Positions 35,885 to 44,815 of a stretch of DNA of 45,599 nt are shown here, piece after piece (positions within the stretch are counted from its first letter, which is position 1; the number at the start of each line of letters is the position of its first letter). The position numbers were made by a program, and so were the translations under genes. Source of the DNA: a virus (lineage: Duplodnaviria; Caudoviricetes); IMG/VR virus record IMGVR_UViG_3300022719_000041, positions 1-45,599 of that record; one strand, written 5' to 3'. The notes under the pieces are model-generated. The model did not search any database. It saw nothing but the letters and a program-made list of their open reading frames with translations, and was not told the DNA's origin.

Positions 35885-36516
35885 GGGTCTTCTCCCGAGT
35901 CTTCCCCGCCGGAGTTATCCGAGTTGTCGGAATTGTCGGAATTGTCGATCGGCCCATCTGATCGACTTCGGCAGTTCGCCCCGATGCAACCGTCGCGCAC
36001 GTCGTCGCCGCTGCGCCAGTCGCCCTGGAATTGGTTCCCGCCCACGTCGTCGCCGATGCGGTCGTCGCCGTTGCGCGTGTCCCGCCTGGTATCCCCTAGG
36101 TTGCCGCCGACGTTCACCGAATTGTCGGATTGATCTGTATTTCCGAGGTTGCCCGCGACGTTCACGGAGTTGTTTGCGCGGTCCATGTTGGCGATCGTCG
36201 CGCTGACGCCCTCGATCACATCGCCGTATGCCTCGACCGTCGCAATGCCCGCATATGCGGGGATACCAATCTGAAGTGCGGTGCTGACGATGCCCCAGAC
36301 CGGATGATGGCCACGCCGTTGCGGCATCGGTAGGGCCTCATTGATCTCCTGGGCGACCACGTACCGGCACAGGTCGGTCTCGCAGCTCGCGGCCAATACC
36401 TCGACCCGGCCCTGCCTGGCCTGCTCCATGGCGATCCACTGGTCGGTGCGGTCCGACGACGTTGCACAGCCGGCCAGCACGGCCAGCGCCAAAAACGCTA
36501 CCACGGCATATTTCAT
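35881..36516 (-). CDS. Lipoprotein with D/N/G-rich repetitive C-terminus
   Basis: GGAG RBS; MKYAVVAFLALAVLAGC lipobox. Confidence 0.8.
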   Translation of the reverse strand: MKYAVVAFLALAVLAGCATSSDRTDQWIAMEQARQGRVEVLAASCETDLCRYVVAQEINEALPMPQRRGHHPVWGIVSTALQIGIPAYAGIATVEAYGDVIEGVSATIANMDRANNSVNVAGNLGNTDQSDNSVNVGGNLGDTRRDTRNGDDRIGDDVGGNQFQGDWRSGDDVRDGCIGANCRSRSDGPIDNSDNSDNSDNSGGEDSGEDP

Positions 36517-36607
36517 CGGCTTCTCCAAGAAGGGGCCGCCACGGTCCGAGGGAGTGTTGACCGCGGCAGCCGGGGACCGACGCCAGGAACCCGGGGAAGG
36601 GGCGCCG

Positions 36608-36701
36608 GAAACAGAAACGCCCGGCTCAGGTGGCCGGGCGCTGCAAATTTTGGACATACGTCCTCGGGCAGGATTGTCCTACAAACCCAGCTCGTTGTCA
36701 A
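36608..36701 (-). promoter_or_regulatory. Late promoter and attenuating terminator (pR'/tR'-like)
   Basis: Minus strand TTGACA (36701-36696), 17 bp spacer, GACAAT (36678-36673); then CGCCCGGC-N7-GCCGGGCG followed by TTTCTGTTT. Confidence 0.65.
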
Positions 36702-37146
36702 CCCCAACATCAGCGCCAACCCTGCACAGAAAACGCCAGCCCCTCCACGGGGATCCGCGCAGCGCCCGGCGGACCGCGAGAGAAACCGTTTCAGCATCCC
36801 CGGGCAGGAAAGCGAACCACTCTCTTCCAACTGACGCCGGATGGAACGCCTCATGAAGCCGCTTCTCTGCCAACCTCGCATCTCTTTTGCTTGGCATCGG
36901 CCTGGACAGCATCATTATTCCAAATGGCATAGCGGCGACCAGCCCATCAAGCCTCGCCTTTGGATCCCCACTTATGCCAACCTTCATGAGGATCTTCCCG
37001 TCAGCCGCCGGCGCCATAGGCCCTATAAATTGCGCGACGTACAGATAGTAGATTTCGGACTCGTAAACCTCCCTCACTCCCCCGGGTCGCTGCTCGTCCA
37101 TCACAAAGGCGTTGCCGCAGCGGCGCCCTTTCACCTTATGACGCAT
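36679..37146 (-). CDS. GIY-YIG / T5orf172-like nuclease-domain protein
   Basis: YLYV...KVGISGDPKARL...EKRLH...GREWF. Confidence 0.8.
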   Translation of the reverse strand: MRHKVKGRRCGNAFVMDEQRPGGVREVYESEIYYLYVAQFIGPMAPAADGKILMKVGISGDPKARLDGLVAAMPFGIMMLSRPMPSKRDARLAEKRLHEAFHPASVGREWFAFLPGDAETVSLAVRRALRGSPWRGWRFLCRVGADVGVDNELGL

Positions 37147-37660
37147 GCGCCTCCTCCTCACAATACGATCGCAAATGCGCGTGCAAAACGGACCGGGCCT
37201 CATCAAGCATTCCGTCCAGCCCGCGGATATGCGGCATCAGCGCCCGTACAGTTTTGTCGCGGACACCACGCCACGGGGCGCTTTGGTGCCGACTCATAGA
37301 CTCCTGCCTGATCGCACAATCGACCATCCCATGCACGATCGCCCTGTGCTCATCCCCGGACACTCGCGCCTTGGGGCACCGAAAGAGGACCCGCTGCCGC
37401 CCCCATAGATCAAGGTGATTCACCAGGTTTCTCTTTTGCCCCTCATCCAAAAACGACCAGAACAGAAGCTCAGCCGCCTCTCGAACGTGCCCGTTTCGGG
37501 CCTGAATCCCTGAAATCATCGCCGCAAGCTCAGGGCACGACTCCGGACGAAGGCCGCCCGAAACCTGGTCCTTCAAATCCATTGTCTCCACAGAGACCCG
37601 CGAAATCAGCGCCTCAAGCGCGTCCCGCGGCGGATTGATCTCGTGCGTCTGCTCGTTCAT
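37136..37660 (-). CDS. Possible Q-like late antiterminator
   Basis: Size and position upstream of the late promoter; no diagnostic motif recognised. Confidence 0.45.
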   Translation of the reverse strand: MNEQTHEINPPRDALEALISRVSVETMDLKDQVSGGLRPESCPELAAMISGIQARNGHVREAAELLFWSFLDEGQKRNLVNHLDLWGRQRVLFRCPKARVSGDEHRAIVHGMVDCAIRQESMSRHQSAPWRGVRDKTVRALMPHIRGLDGMLDEARSVLHAHLRSYCEEEAHAS

Positions 37661-37835
37661 GCTTCGCGTCCTCCTTGTAAGCCTGCCGGATCAGCCGGCG
37701 CTGTTCGTCCGTCGCCATCGCCGCAATCTGCTTGTTCCGGTCCGGGTTGTACCTGGCAGCCACGTAGATGGCCCAGGCACCAGGATCCTGCTTGTACAGC
37801 CAACCGATCGCCGTATGGGTCTCAAGGCGCCTCAT
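37614..37835 (-). CDS. Hypothetical protein
   Basis: 73 aa, overlaps both neighbours. Confidence 0.55.
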   Translation of the reverse strand: MRRLETHTAIGWLYKQDPGAWAIYVAARYNPDRNKQIAAMATDEQRRLIRQAYKEDAKHERADARDQSAAGRA

Positions 37836-38025
37836 TTCGCAGCCAGTCGCGCTCGAAGTCGTCTGCGCAGTCCCGGTCACAAAACCGCTGCTTCGGCCCG
37901 ACTGGCGCCTCACACCAATGGCAGGTCCCGCGCGCCCGAAGGTCCGGCGTTCGCCTACGGTGCGTCATCGCCACGTCGATCTCTGCGGCCTGCAACTTAC
38001 GGGCTCGATCTGCTGCATCAGCCAC
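37822..38025 (-). CDS. Zinc-finger protein (TraR/DksA-like N-terminus, CxxC...CxxxC)
   Basis: (M)ADAADRA...GTCHWCEAPV...FCDRDC. Confidence 0.75.
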   Translation of the reverse strand: MADAADRARKLQAAEIDVAMTHRRRTPDLRARGTCHWCEAPVGPKQRFCDRDCADDFERDWLRNEAP

Positions 38026-38257
38026 GGCCGAATGCCCCGCGCTTGTGCAGGCAGTCGTCACAAACCCGGTCGAAGTCCAGGCTCACGCCCAGCGTCAACG
38101 CCTGTCCCACGTCCCGCCTACGCCGTTGGCGGAAGCGTGCTTCTTGCCGGTCTATATCGGCCTTCCGCAACCCGCTGCCCGCAATCCCGGTATTCCAAGG
38201 ACGGCGACTATCGCCTTTCTCGTGAACTTCTCCGAATGTTTCAATGTCGGTTTTCAT
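38018..38257 (-). CDS. Hypothetical protein
   Basis: AAGGAGG RBS; 79 aa with a CxxC. Confidence 0.6.
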   Translation of the reverse strand: MKTDIETFGEVHEKGDSRRPWNTGIAGSGLRKADIDRQEARFRQRRRRDVGQALTLGVSLDFDRVCDDCLHKRGAFGRG

Positions 38258-38648
38258 CAAACCCTCCTTTGCCCGTCTCCTCGAACCAAATTTCACAGGC
38301 CTGTTCCTTCGGCTCGCCCTTTCTCTGGTGGTATCGCCATTCAACCCACCGGCTACCGTCGTCAACGCCCAACCAGGCAGCGACCTCGTCTCTGACTGCC
38401 TTGAGTGCCATCGCCAGATTGTCTCCCTGATCGAGCCGACGCGGCGCAATCCGTGTCAGGTGGACCGTGACCGGCAACCGGGGTTTGACGACGCCGCGCT
38501 GGCGCAGCACCGCCCAGGTGTCTCGACGCTGGTTCTTGACCCGGCGGTGCCGTCGACCCCAATGGTCGCGCATGTTCGCCGCGCTTGGGAGTTTGATCGG
38601 GAACCTGATGACCGGAATGTCGTTGATAAGCGGGTGCCCAAAAGTCAT
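38241..38648 (-). CDS. RusA-like Holliday junction resolvase
   Basis: LPSAAN..HW, RLDQGDNL..ALKAVRD...GVDD. Confidence 0.8.
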   Translation of the reverse strand: MTFGHPLINDIPVIRFPIKLPSAANMRDHWGRRHRRVKNQRRDTWAVLRQRGVVKPRLPVTVHLTRIAPRRLDQGDNLAMALKAVRDEVAAWLGVDDGSRWVEWRYHQRKGEPKEQACEIWFEETGKGGFDENRH

Positions 38649-38691
38649 GGAAGCGACTCCATATCTCCATCTCCTCAATTCAGCCTACAAC

Positions 38692-39435
38692 CTACGGCTC
38701 TGCTCGGCATTTTCTCGGCAGGTACTGATACAGGTCGTTATCCGACGCCCATTCCCGCACGTAACCGCTAGGCACTTCGCTTCTGCTCTGACAGTTCACT
38801 ACCAGTTTGCGAGCCAATGTTTGAGACGCCCAGTCGGTGCGATTTTTATCTGCCTGTTTCTCGAACCAGACAGCCGAAATCTTCGCGGCCTTCTCCTCGC
38901 AATCACGAAACGCGCCGGGCAAAAACCTCCCCACAACCGCTGCCTCACCATGCTGGTGCTGATACTGGTGCTGCTCGTGCGTCATCGGCACCGCGAAATA
39001 AGGCGGTTTCTCGGCCGTTCCAGACCCCTCAGCTACTCGGCGCACGTGGCAGCACTCGTTTCGATGTTCGCCTGCCTCCTCATCCCAATCGGCGTTGCCG
39101 TCGAGCACGCTCCGCTGCCTCCTGATCCAGTCCTCGAACTCCGATTCGGGGCCGATCGCCCGCAGCACCGGCGGCGCCCGGAAAAAGCCACCGGCAATCA
39201 GGTCGTGCCAGAACTGGCCGTGTTGGGGCTTTTCGGGTTTCGGCTCGCGCGCCCGGCCGGTCGTCGGGTCGACGTTGAGCCTCACGGTCGCGCCGTGGAT
39301 GCCCCGCTTGCCGAATAGCTCGAAGGCTTTGTCGGCGAAGCGGGGGTCTACATCGATTTGTAATCTCAGGGTATCGTCCGCCATCGTCTTGCAGCCGGCC
39401 GTTGTGAATTCTATTAACTGCGTTTCATCTGACAC
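38692..39435 (-). CDS. DUF968/HNH-like nin-region protein
   Basis: WIRRQ...CHVRR...GTAEKPPYFAVPMTHEQHQYQH. Confidence 0.65.
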   Translation of the reverse strand: MSDETQLIEFTTAGCKTMADDTLRLQIDVDPRFADKAFELFGKRGIHGATVRLNVDPTTGRAREPKPEKPQHGQFWHDLIAGGFFRAPPVLRAIGPESEFEDWIRRQRSVLDGNADWDEEAGEHRNECCHVRRVAEGSGTAEKPPYFAVPMTHEQHQYQHQHGEAAVVGRFLPGAFRDCEEKAAKISAVWFEKQADKNRTDWASQTLARKLVVNCQSRSEVPSGYVREWASDNDLYQYLPRKCRAEP

Positions 39436-39515
39436 TTTTCGACTCCTCGGCTAGTGCTCTTTCTTTATCCCATCCTGCTTTCACGCGATATTGAATTTCA
39501 TCGTGGTGGATTATT

Positions 39516-39803
39516 TCAGGTTTGTTCATTGGATCCAATCCATCTGCTTCTTGAAACAATTGCATCCTTTGGAATCGCCAACGCGCCCATATAGCACGCC
39601 TCACCAGAAATGGCGTTCTCGCCCCGAGTGCCGGCAATCACAAGATATTCGCCGGTCTCCTCAATCACATACCCGTGACTCGTTACCCGCGCGGGCCTCA
39701 ACAATTCCATGATTTGATCCGCGTAATTCCAGCCAGAAAGGTCCGCGGAGTCAATCCATTCAACACTCTCAGTGTGGGTAATCATTTCAGGCTGGCCCAT
39801 CAT
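39516..39803 (-). CDS. Phage hypothetical protein
   Basis: VEWIDS...GW...SHGYVIEE...IP motif of a common small phage family. Confidence 0.7.
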   Translation of the reverse strand: MMGQPEMITHTESVEWIDSADLSGWNYADQIMELLRPARVTSHGYVIEETGEYLVIAGTRGENAISGEACYMGALAIPKDAIVSRSRWIGSNEQT

Positions 39804-40065
39804 TCCCTTTTTTGGCCCATCTGTTCAATGCTTGCTCCGCCATGTCCAGGTCGAGCCACTGGGGAGGATCGCTCCGAACTTGGTGAAGCAGATCATCTAA
39901 AGCTTCAAACAAATCTGGTGCTTCGGCAAGATCGGCACGTATGTATTTGGTCCACGGGACACCGTCCGGGCAATCTTCAGGATCAGGGTCTTGACACCAC
40001 AGACGGCCAACATCAGAATCTGCGCAGCATTCAGGTTGCAGCCATATTAGATCGTAATCACTCAT
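39787..40065 (-). CDS. Hypothetical protein
   Basis: IWLQP...RLWCQD...YIRADL...APDL. Confidence 0.7.
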   Translation of the reverse strand: MSDYDLIWLQPECCADSDVGRLWCQDPDPEDCPDGVPWTKYIRADLAEAPDLFEALDDLLHQVRSDPPQWLDLDMAEQALNRWAKKGNDGPA

Positions 40066-40069
40066 CGCT

Positions 40070-40300
40070 CTATTCCTGTTTATCCCACTTAAACATATGA
40101 CAGTAGCAAGGGCACTCACCCACAACCACTCCTGCTGTTGTGAAAGAATACGTCTTGCCGTCTACGCATCTACGTTCAACATCACAACGCTGGCACACAT
40201 GTTGCGGCGGCTCGGGATTTAAGCCCGCCTTACATATATATCCCGGAACAGGCTGACGACAATTCTCGGGATCAGCGCAGTAGCAAATGCGTTTACTCAT
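40070..40300 (-). CDS. Cys-rich hypothetical protein
   Basis: CYCADPENC...PGYIC N-terminus. Confidence 0.65.
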   Translation of the reverse strand: MSKRICYCADPENCRQPVPGYICKAGLNPEPPQHVCQRCDVERRCVDGKTYSFTTAGVVVGECPCYCHMFKWDKQE

Positions 40301-40730
40301 CGCTCTGCTCGTCGTATTCAGCTATAACTTCCATAGCTACTTTGTGAATCCCTCTCAATAACTCGTCTGGCGGCGACAGGGCGAACCCACTTTGCGCTTC
40401 CTCACAAATCCCTCTTACCCATTTCACAAACTCAGCCAGCCGCCTCTGTCGTTCGGCTGCTATGTCGGCTCGGGCTTGCCAGCCTTCCCAGTGGCTATGC
40501 ACATCATTATCCGTGTATCCGTCTTCGGGCGTGTATGCCAAATCTGACTGTGAATAGCCATGACCGCGCGCCCATTTCTCGAATTGCTCTCGCTCGTCGG
40601 CCTGCGCCAGTTTTTCCTCACTGCTCTTCCGTCTGTTCAAATCACTCGCACGCCCGGCCTGACAGATATAACCGGGAATGGGTTCTTGGCAATTCTCGGG
40701 ATCGGCACAGATGCATACCCGTTCATTCAT
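40293..40730 (-). CDS. Hypothetical protein
   Basis: AAGGAG RBS; CICADPENC N-terminus; EREQFEKW...WEGWQARA. Confidence 0.75.
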   Translation of the reverse strand: MNERVCICADPENCQEPIPGYICQAGRASDLNRRKSSEEKLAQADEREQFEKWARGHGYSQSDLAYTPEDGYTDNDVHSHWEGWQARADIAAERQRRLAEFVKWVRGICEEAQSGFALSPPDELLRGIHKVAMEVIAEYDEQSDE

Positions 40731-40734
40731 TGCT

Positions 40735-40824
40735 CTACTCCTTCGGTTCCTGAATCAGCGCCAATAGTCCAAGCCCGGCGATAAACCCGATTGCCAGCGA
40801 TGTTGCTATGACGAGCTCGATCAT
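40735..40824 (-). CDS. 29-aa single-TM peptide
   Basis: MIELVIATSLAIGFIAGLGLLALIQEPKE*, ATGA-coupled, fills the gap exactly. Confidence 0.5.
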   Translation of the reverse strand: MIELVIATSLAIGFIAGLGLLALIQEPKE

Positions 40825-41184
40825 TCGACTTGTGATACGAGCTCTCTGAGATCATTGGCTTCGATCTCATCGAGCGCCAATGACCAAAATCTCTGGTCAC
40901 TACATTCGGCCATCTCCTCTAAGGTCCCGGTTCGTGGTGTTATAAGTCGCTCCCCCGACATATACCGGTCTTTCCACTCACCCCATCGCCGCTCGCCGGC
41001 GCGCACCTTCGCCCAATTTATTCCGCGCCATGCACTTTCGGGCGCGACCGACTTGCGCCGCAAGAACTCCGCGACGTGCCGGTTTGACCCGGCCATTTCC
41101 CGAAGATCAGCGGTCCGTGGATTTCTGCGAGCGCCATAGGTGGGCCATGTAGGCGGCTACGATTTTTTCGGGTTCGGTTTTCAT
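40821..41184 (-). pseudogene. Possibly frameshifted DNA-binding protein gene (or a 91-aa ORF starting at 41096)
   Basis: GAGG RBS and MKTEPEKIVAAYMAHLWRSQK stop after 25 aa; the +1 frame continues PRTADLREMAGSNRHVAEFLRR. Confidence 0.4.
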
Positions 41185-41196
41185 TGCTGCCTCGCT

Positions 41197-41457
41197 TCAA
41201 CCTTCGCCGCCGAATCGTCTGCGACGTTCCGAAAGCATGGCGTCTGCTATGTCTGCTGCTTCGCCCGCTGCTATAGGTGCTTCATCAATATCCCTACCGC
41301 CTAGAAAATCCACGCATGCCAGCGCCGCCGCCGCATAGTAGTCCCATAGCGTCGCCCCTTCGATCACACTATGGGACACGAAGCCGCTCCGCAACTCGTC
41401 GCTGCTATCCGCGATCGGGTAAGCCGGCCCGCCCATCTCGTTTGATTTGTCGTTCAT
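41197..41457 (-). CDS. Phage hypothetical protein
   Basis: GGPAYP...GATLWDYYAAAAL...ADAML, a widespread phage motif. Confidence 0.8.
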   Translation of the reverse strand: MNDKSNEMGGPAYPIADSSDELRSGFVSHSVIEGATLWDYYAAAALACVDFLGGRDIDEAPIAAGEAADIADAMLSERRRRFGGEG

Positions 41458-41960
41458 TGCACATTCTCCAGTTGATTCATCGGCCCGGCAAGCTGCCCGG
41501 CCTTGGGGTTTACGCCGTGGCGAATCATTGCCATTTGTTCATGGTCGAGCAGTCCGTCGGCTTCGATTCGCTGCTTCCATTCCGGGATCTGCGCGATGCA
41601 CGATTCGGCCAACGGCTTGAGTTGGTGCCGGTCCCAGTTATCGAGATTCCAAGAGCCGATTTCGATTCGGCACAGGACAGCCAGCGCGGTCCTCGGCTTC
41701 ATGGCGGCTGCGATGATCTGGTCGGTATTTGGCTTTTCGCCGTCGATCAGCGCCACCACGTCCGCTGGCACGAGTCCATATTTCGCGGACGCGGATCGGC
41801 AGTGCTGGCTCAACGCGCCGGTGATCTGATTCACGTCATAGATAGAAAGCGCCTCGAATGCGAGGTTGGTTGCTCCGGCGCTGCATGTCTTACCCCGGCT
41901 GCAAAGCTCATAGGCCGCGTTCCATGCCTTAGCGAATGCCGTGAAGTCGTCTTTGGTCAT
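41454..41960 (-). CDS. Replication accessory protein (helicase loader/inhibitor-like)
   Basis: Coupled downstream of the initiator; PADVV motif. Confidence 0.6.
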   Translation of the reverse strand: MTKDDFTAFAKAWNAAYELCSRGKTCSAGATNLAFEALSIYDVNQITGALSQHCRSASAKYGLVPADVVALIDGEKPNTDQIIAAAMKPRTALAVLCRIEIGSWNLDNWDRHQLKPLAESCIAQIPEWKQRIEADGLLDHEQMAMIRHGVNPKAGQLAGPMNQLENVQ

Positions 41961-42751
41961 TGGCCGGACTCCATTTGCTGGCGGTATTCGATTGCCTCAC
42001 GGGTTGCGCGGTCAACTGCGGATTCGGTTTGCCGCTTCTGGCCTTGCCCGTTCGACTCCGACGCGCGTCGAATCCAGTTTCTCCATGTTGCCGGCCAGTC
42101 TGCTTTGCGCCCCTTCGCGCCGGGCACACCGAGCCAGTAGTCCCGAAATTTGGAGGCCTCGTGGTCGTGGTCTACGCTCGGGAACTTCCCGGTCGCCCAC
42201 GTCAGGTCGTCACCGGTCGGGAATTCGTCTGGTATTCGAGTTCCTGTTTTCGGCTTCTTGGGCGCGCCGCTCTCTCCCTTCCCTTCCTTTCCACTTCCAC
42301 TTCCACTTCCACTTCCACTTCCACTCCGGGGGTGAACACCCTGCGAGTGTTCGTCATGTGTTCGGCGAACACTCCCCGATTCGTCGTCCGGTGTTCGCCG
42401 TCTGTTAGGTGAATCTGGAATACCCCCGTCAGGCTGCGGATGGCGGTACGTTGGTTGGTCAATTCTCTGGTGTTTCCAACCAGTTACGCGCCAATACTCA
42501 ACCCCGTCTACCTCGTACTGCGTCAGCAGTCCGGCCTGGATCAGTTCGCCAACCATGTTCGCGATGTCCTTTTTCGTGAACGCATCGGCCGGGAAAATCT
42601 GCATCTTCGCCCTCGCCGTGCTCGCCGGGTGAACTCCTCCGTCATCGCAGAAGTTCCAGAGCCCTATGAACAGTAATCGAGCGTTCGGCGAACACTCCAC
42701 GACCTGCTCGCTGGTCCAAAACTCTGGCTTTATAGTCCGAATTCGTGGCAT
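41957..42751 (-). CDS. Replication initiator protein
   Basis: MPRIRTIKPEFWTSE..ARLLFIGLWNFCDDGG; C-terminal KFRDYW..KADWPATWRNWIRR. Confidence 0.9.
   Translation of the reverse strand: MPRIRTIKPEFWTSEQVVECSPNARLLFIGLWNFCDDGGVHPASTARAKMQIFPADAFTKKDIANMVGELIQAGLLTQYEVDGVEYWRVTGWKHQRIDQPTYRHPQPDGGIPDSPNRRRTPDDESGSVRRTHDEHSQGVHPRSGSGSGSGSGSGKEGKGESGAPKKPKTGTRIPDEFPTGDDLTWATGKFPSVDHDHEASKFRDYWLGVPGAKGRKADWPATWRNWIRRASESNGQGQKRQTESAVDRATREAIEYRQQMESGQ
42290..42420. repeat. Probable replication origin inside the initiator gene
   Basis: (CCACTT)n run; GTTCG/GAAC iteron-like repeats; GTTCGGCGAACACTCC at 42360-75 recurs exactly at 42683-98. Confidence 0.55.
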
Positions 42752-42810
42752 AATTACCTCGTTTTGTAGCCATCAAGCCCCGGTTCCGGCCCGCCAGCCG
42801 CCGGGGCTTT

Positions 42811-43206
42811 TCACTTGGCGCCCCTCAGGGCCTCGACAAGTGCTTCGTTCTTCAACCGCTCGCGCTCGAGTTCCTCCCGAGCCTCTCGTAGTTGGCGCTC
42901 CATTTCGGTCTCCCGGAAATTCATCGAGCCAATGTCGTAGCCGCGCTGGTGCGCCAGCCACAGGATCGGCACGTTGTTCCGGCACCCATCCATGAACTGA
43001 AATAGTTGCGCGGGCTTGATCCCTTCGCGGCCCGATTTGATCCGCGACCAGCGCGCCTGGTCAATGCCGACAAGGCCTTGGGCCTGCTTGTCCAGCGTGT
43101 AGCCGGCGACCTCGGCGCAGAGCTCGATCGCCCCCGCCCAAGTTTGTTTCCGCGCAATTTCACGCGGGCCGACCTCGATCAAGTTGTCCTCTCTCTCATC
43201 AACCAT
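42811..43206 (-). CDS. CII-like regulator
   Basis: Between cro and the initiator; GIDQARWSRIKSG HTH, NNVPILWLAH, C-terminal coil. Confidence 0.7.
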   Translation of the reverse strand: MVDEREDNLIEVGPREIARKQTWAGAIELCAEVAGYTLDKQAQGLVGIDQARWSRIKSGREGIKPAQLFQFMDGCRNNVPILWLAHQRGYDIGSMNFRETEMERQLREAREELERERLKNEALVEALRGAK

Positions 43207-43348
43207 GAGTTGACTTGTGTGACCCCTTGCGGTTAAAAAAAATGTGATGCTGGCCAAACCGACACCGACGAATAAAAAGCCGCGCCCGCTCGGGGCGCGG
43301 AATGCGCGACTTCCGGTGCCCTTACAGGAGTGCAGTCGCGCGCTAGGG

Positions 43349-43552
43349 TCATGCGGCCCGGCCCTCGTCCCGGCCGTGGATTTCCTGCTCGTGCAGGTCC
43401 TTGATCTTCTTCCCGAGATCCCAGCCGATCCGTTTCCCGCAGTTGCCGCGGGCAAGGTCGCTGATGTACGGCTGAGAACAGCCGACTCGCCGGGCGATCT
43501 CCCCCTGGGAGAGTCCGGCGTCGAGGAGTTCGTTGATGATTTCGGCCCACAT
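43349..43552 (-). CDS. cro: Cro-like HTH repressor (likely leaderless)
   Basis: GLSQGEIARRVGCSQPYISDLARG; ATG lies 7 nt after the -10. Confidence 0.85.
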   Translation of the reverse strand: MWAEIINELLDAGLSQGEIARRVGCSQPYISDLARGNCGKRIGWDLGKKIKDLHEQEIHGRDEGRAA

Positions 43553-43559
43553 GGCCCGA

Positions 43560-43648
43560 ATCATAGTCTTTCCTATCGTATAGGTCAACCCCCAATTGCA
43601 GGCGATAGTTGTTCCTTCTTTCAATATGAGCCCGAAACCGGGAAGATC
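43560..43648. promoter_or_regulatory. oR region: PR, operators and putative PRM
   Basis: Minus TTGACC (43588-83), 17 bp, TATGAT (43565-60); ATAGTCTTTCCTAT 43563-76 and ATAGTTGTTCCTTC 43605-18; plus TTCAAT-N17-AAGATC. Confidence 0.75.
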
Positions 43649-43654
43649 AGGCGC

Positions 43655-44125
43655 ATGGACCTCGCCCGAATTCGCCGGATGAACCTGCGCCGCTGGATCG
43701 ACGAAGATCCGCATGCGGAGGGCAACATCGAGAGGTGGTGCGACTACTATTCGGCACGGCTCGGCGCAAACGAGCCGCCGTTCAGCCCCGGGTATCTGCG
43801 GCAGCTCGCGCCAAAAAGCGGCGCCGCGCACGGGAACATTGGCGAGAAAATTGCGCGCCGAATTGAGCGGGCGATGGGGAAACCGGAGTATTCTCTGGAC
43901 AGGCCGCCGTCTGAAGCGGCCGATACGGAGATCCTTGATCACTACCGGGGTTCCAGCCCACAAGCGCGAATGTTGATCGACGTTTTGATGGGGGTAAGGG
44001 GGTACGACGACATTTCGGAGCAGGCGGCCGACGCGCTTCGCCTGGCCCTGAAATGGTCTGCCCCCCGCGACAAAAGCGAATACGACGAGGCCGGCGCGGC
44101 CTGGCCTGCGACTGGTGTGGAGTAG
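43655..44125 (+). CDS. CI-like repressor without an S24 peptidase domain
   Basis: IRRMNLRR...YLRQL...NIGEKIARRIERAMGKPEYSLD; divergent from cro. Confidence 0.8.
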   Translation: MDLARIRRMNLRRWIDEDPHAEGNIERWCDYYSARLGANEPPFSPGYLRQLAPKSGAAHGNIGEKIARRIERAMGKPEYSLDRPPSEAADTEILDHYRGSSPQARMLIDVLMGVRGYDDISEQAADALRLALKWSAPRDKSEYDEAGAAWPATGVE

Positions 44126-44134
44126 GAGCGACGG

Positions 44135-44407
44135 ATGAAAGCATTCAATACTGGCCTGGCCGCCATCGTTTTTTCGTCATCACTCACACTGATCCTCGCG
44201 TTCACGCCCTGGCAGGAGACGTACACACGCCCAGGCGCCGCCACGGTTGAGGAGCCAGCGGCCCATTCCCCTGTTTTCATGCCGCCTGAGAAGCAGAGAG
44301 CCACGCCGTCAGCCGGCGTCCGGGTCGATCACACCCGGCTTGGGCTCTACCTTCTGCTCGCGATTTCCGTGAGCATCGCCGCTGGCACGACCCGCCCCCG
44401 CCGCTAG
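44135..44407 (+). CDS. Two-TM membrane protein cotranscribed with cI
   Basis: AGGAG RBS; hydrophobic segments at both ends. Confidence 0.65.
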   Translation: MKAFNTGLAAIVFSSSLTLILAFTPWQETYTRPGAATVEEPAAHSPVFMPPEKQRATPSAGVRVDHTRLGLYLLLAISVSIAAGTTRPRR

Positions 44408-44444
44408 TCAGAAAGACACCTTGGGCTATTGAATTTCAAAATTC

Positions 44445-44486
44445 ATAGTTTTTCCTGTTGACAAAGATTATAGTATTCCCTATGAT
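44445..44486 (+). promoter_or_regulatory. oL/PL promoter and operators
   Basis: TTGACA (44458-63), 17 bp, TATGAT (44481-86); ATAGTTTTTCCTGT 44445-58 and ATAGTATTCCCTAT 44470-83. Confidence 0.85.
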
Positions 44487-44515
44487 TGAGCCTGGTTCAC
44501 ACGGAAGGCCGCTTC

Positions 44516-44815
44516 ATGCAACAGGAATTCAACCTGCCCCCGGCCGCGCGCCGGACCGACCCGGCCACCAGCCACGAGGCTGAGGCTAAGGTCAACCGTT
44601 CCGGGCGCCGGGCCAACCAGACGGTCGTCGCCGCGAAGATGGTCACCCACCACCCGGGCCGAACCTGCGGCGAGCTCGCACAGATCGGCCCGCTGACCGA
44701 GCGCCAGCTCTCTCGTCGCCTTTCCGACGCCGAACGCACGTCACTGATCGTCGCCGGCGACCCGCGCCGCTGTCGGGCGTCAGGGGCACCGGCACGTACA
44801 TGGTGGCCGGCATGA
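44516..44815 (+). CDS. Winged-HTH early protein
   Basis: ARRTDPATSHEA..PGRTCGELA..SRRLSDAE..RRCRASG..TWWP. Confidence 0.8.
   Translation: MQQEFNLPPAARRTDPATSHEAEAKVNRSGRRANQTVVAAKMVTHHPGRTCGELAQIGPLTERQLSRRLSDAERTSLIVAGDPRRCRASGAPARTWWPA

Noticed and set aside
43207-43654. Long N-terminal extensions of cI, cro and cII given in the ORF track
   Set aside because: They overlap promoters, operators and each other; downstream starts fit the promoters and domain boundaries
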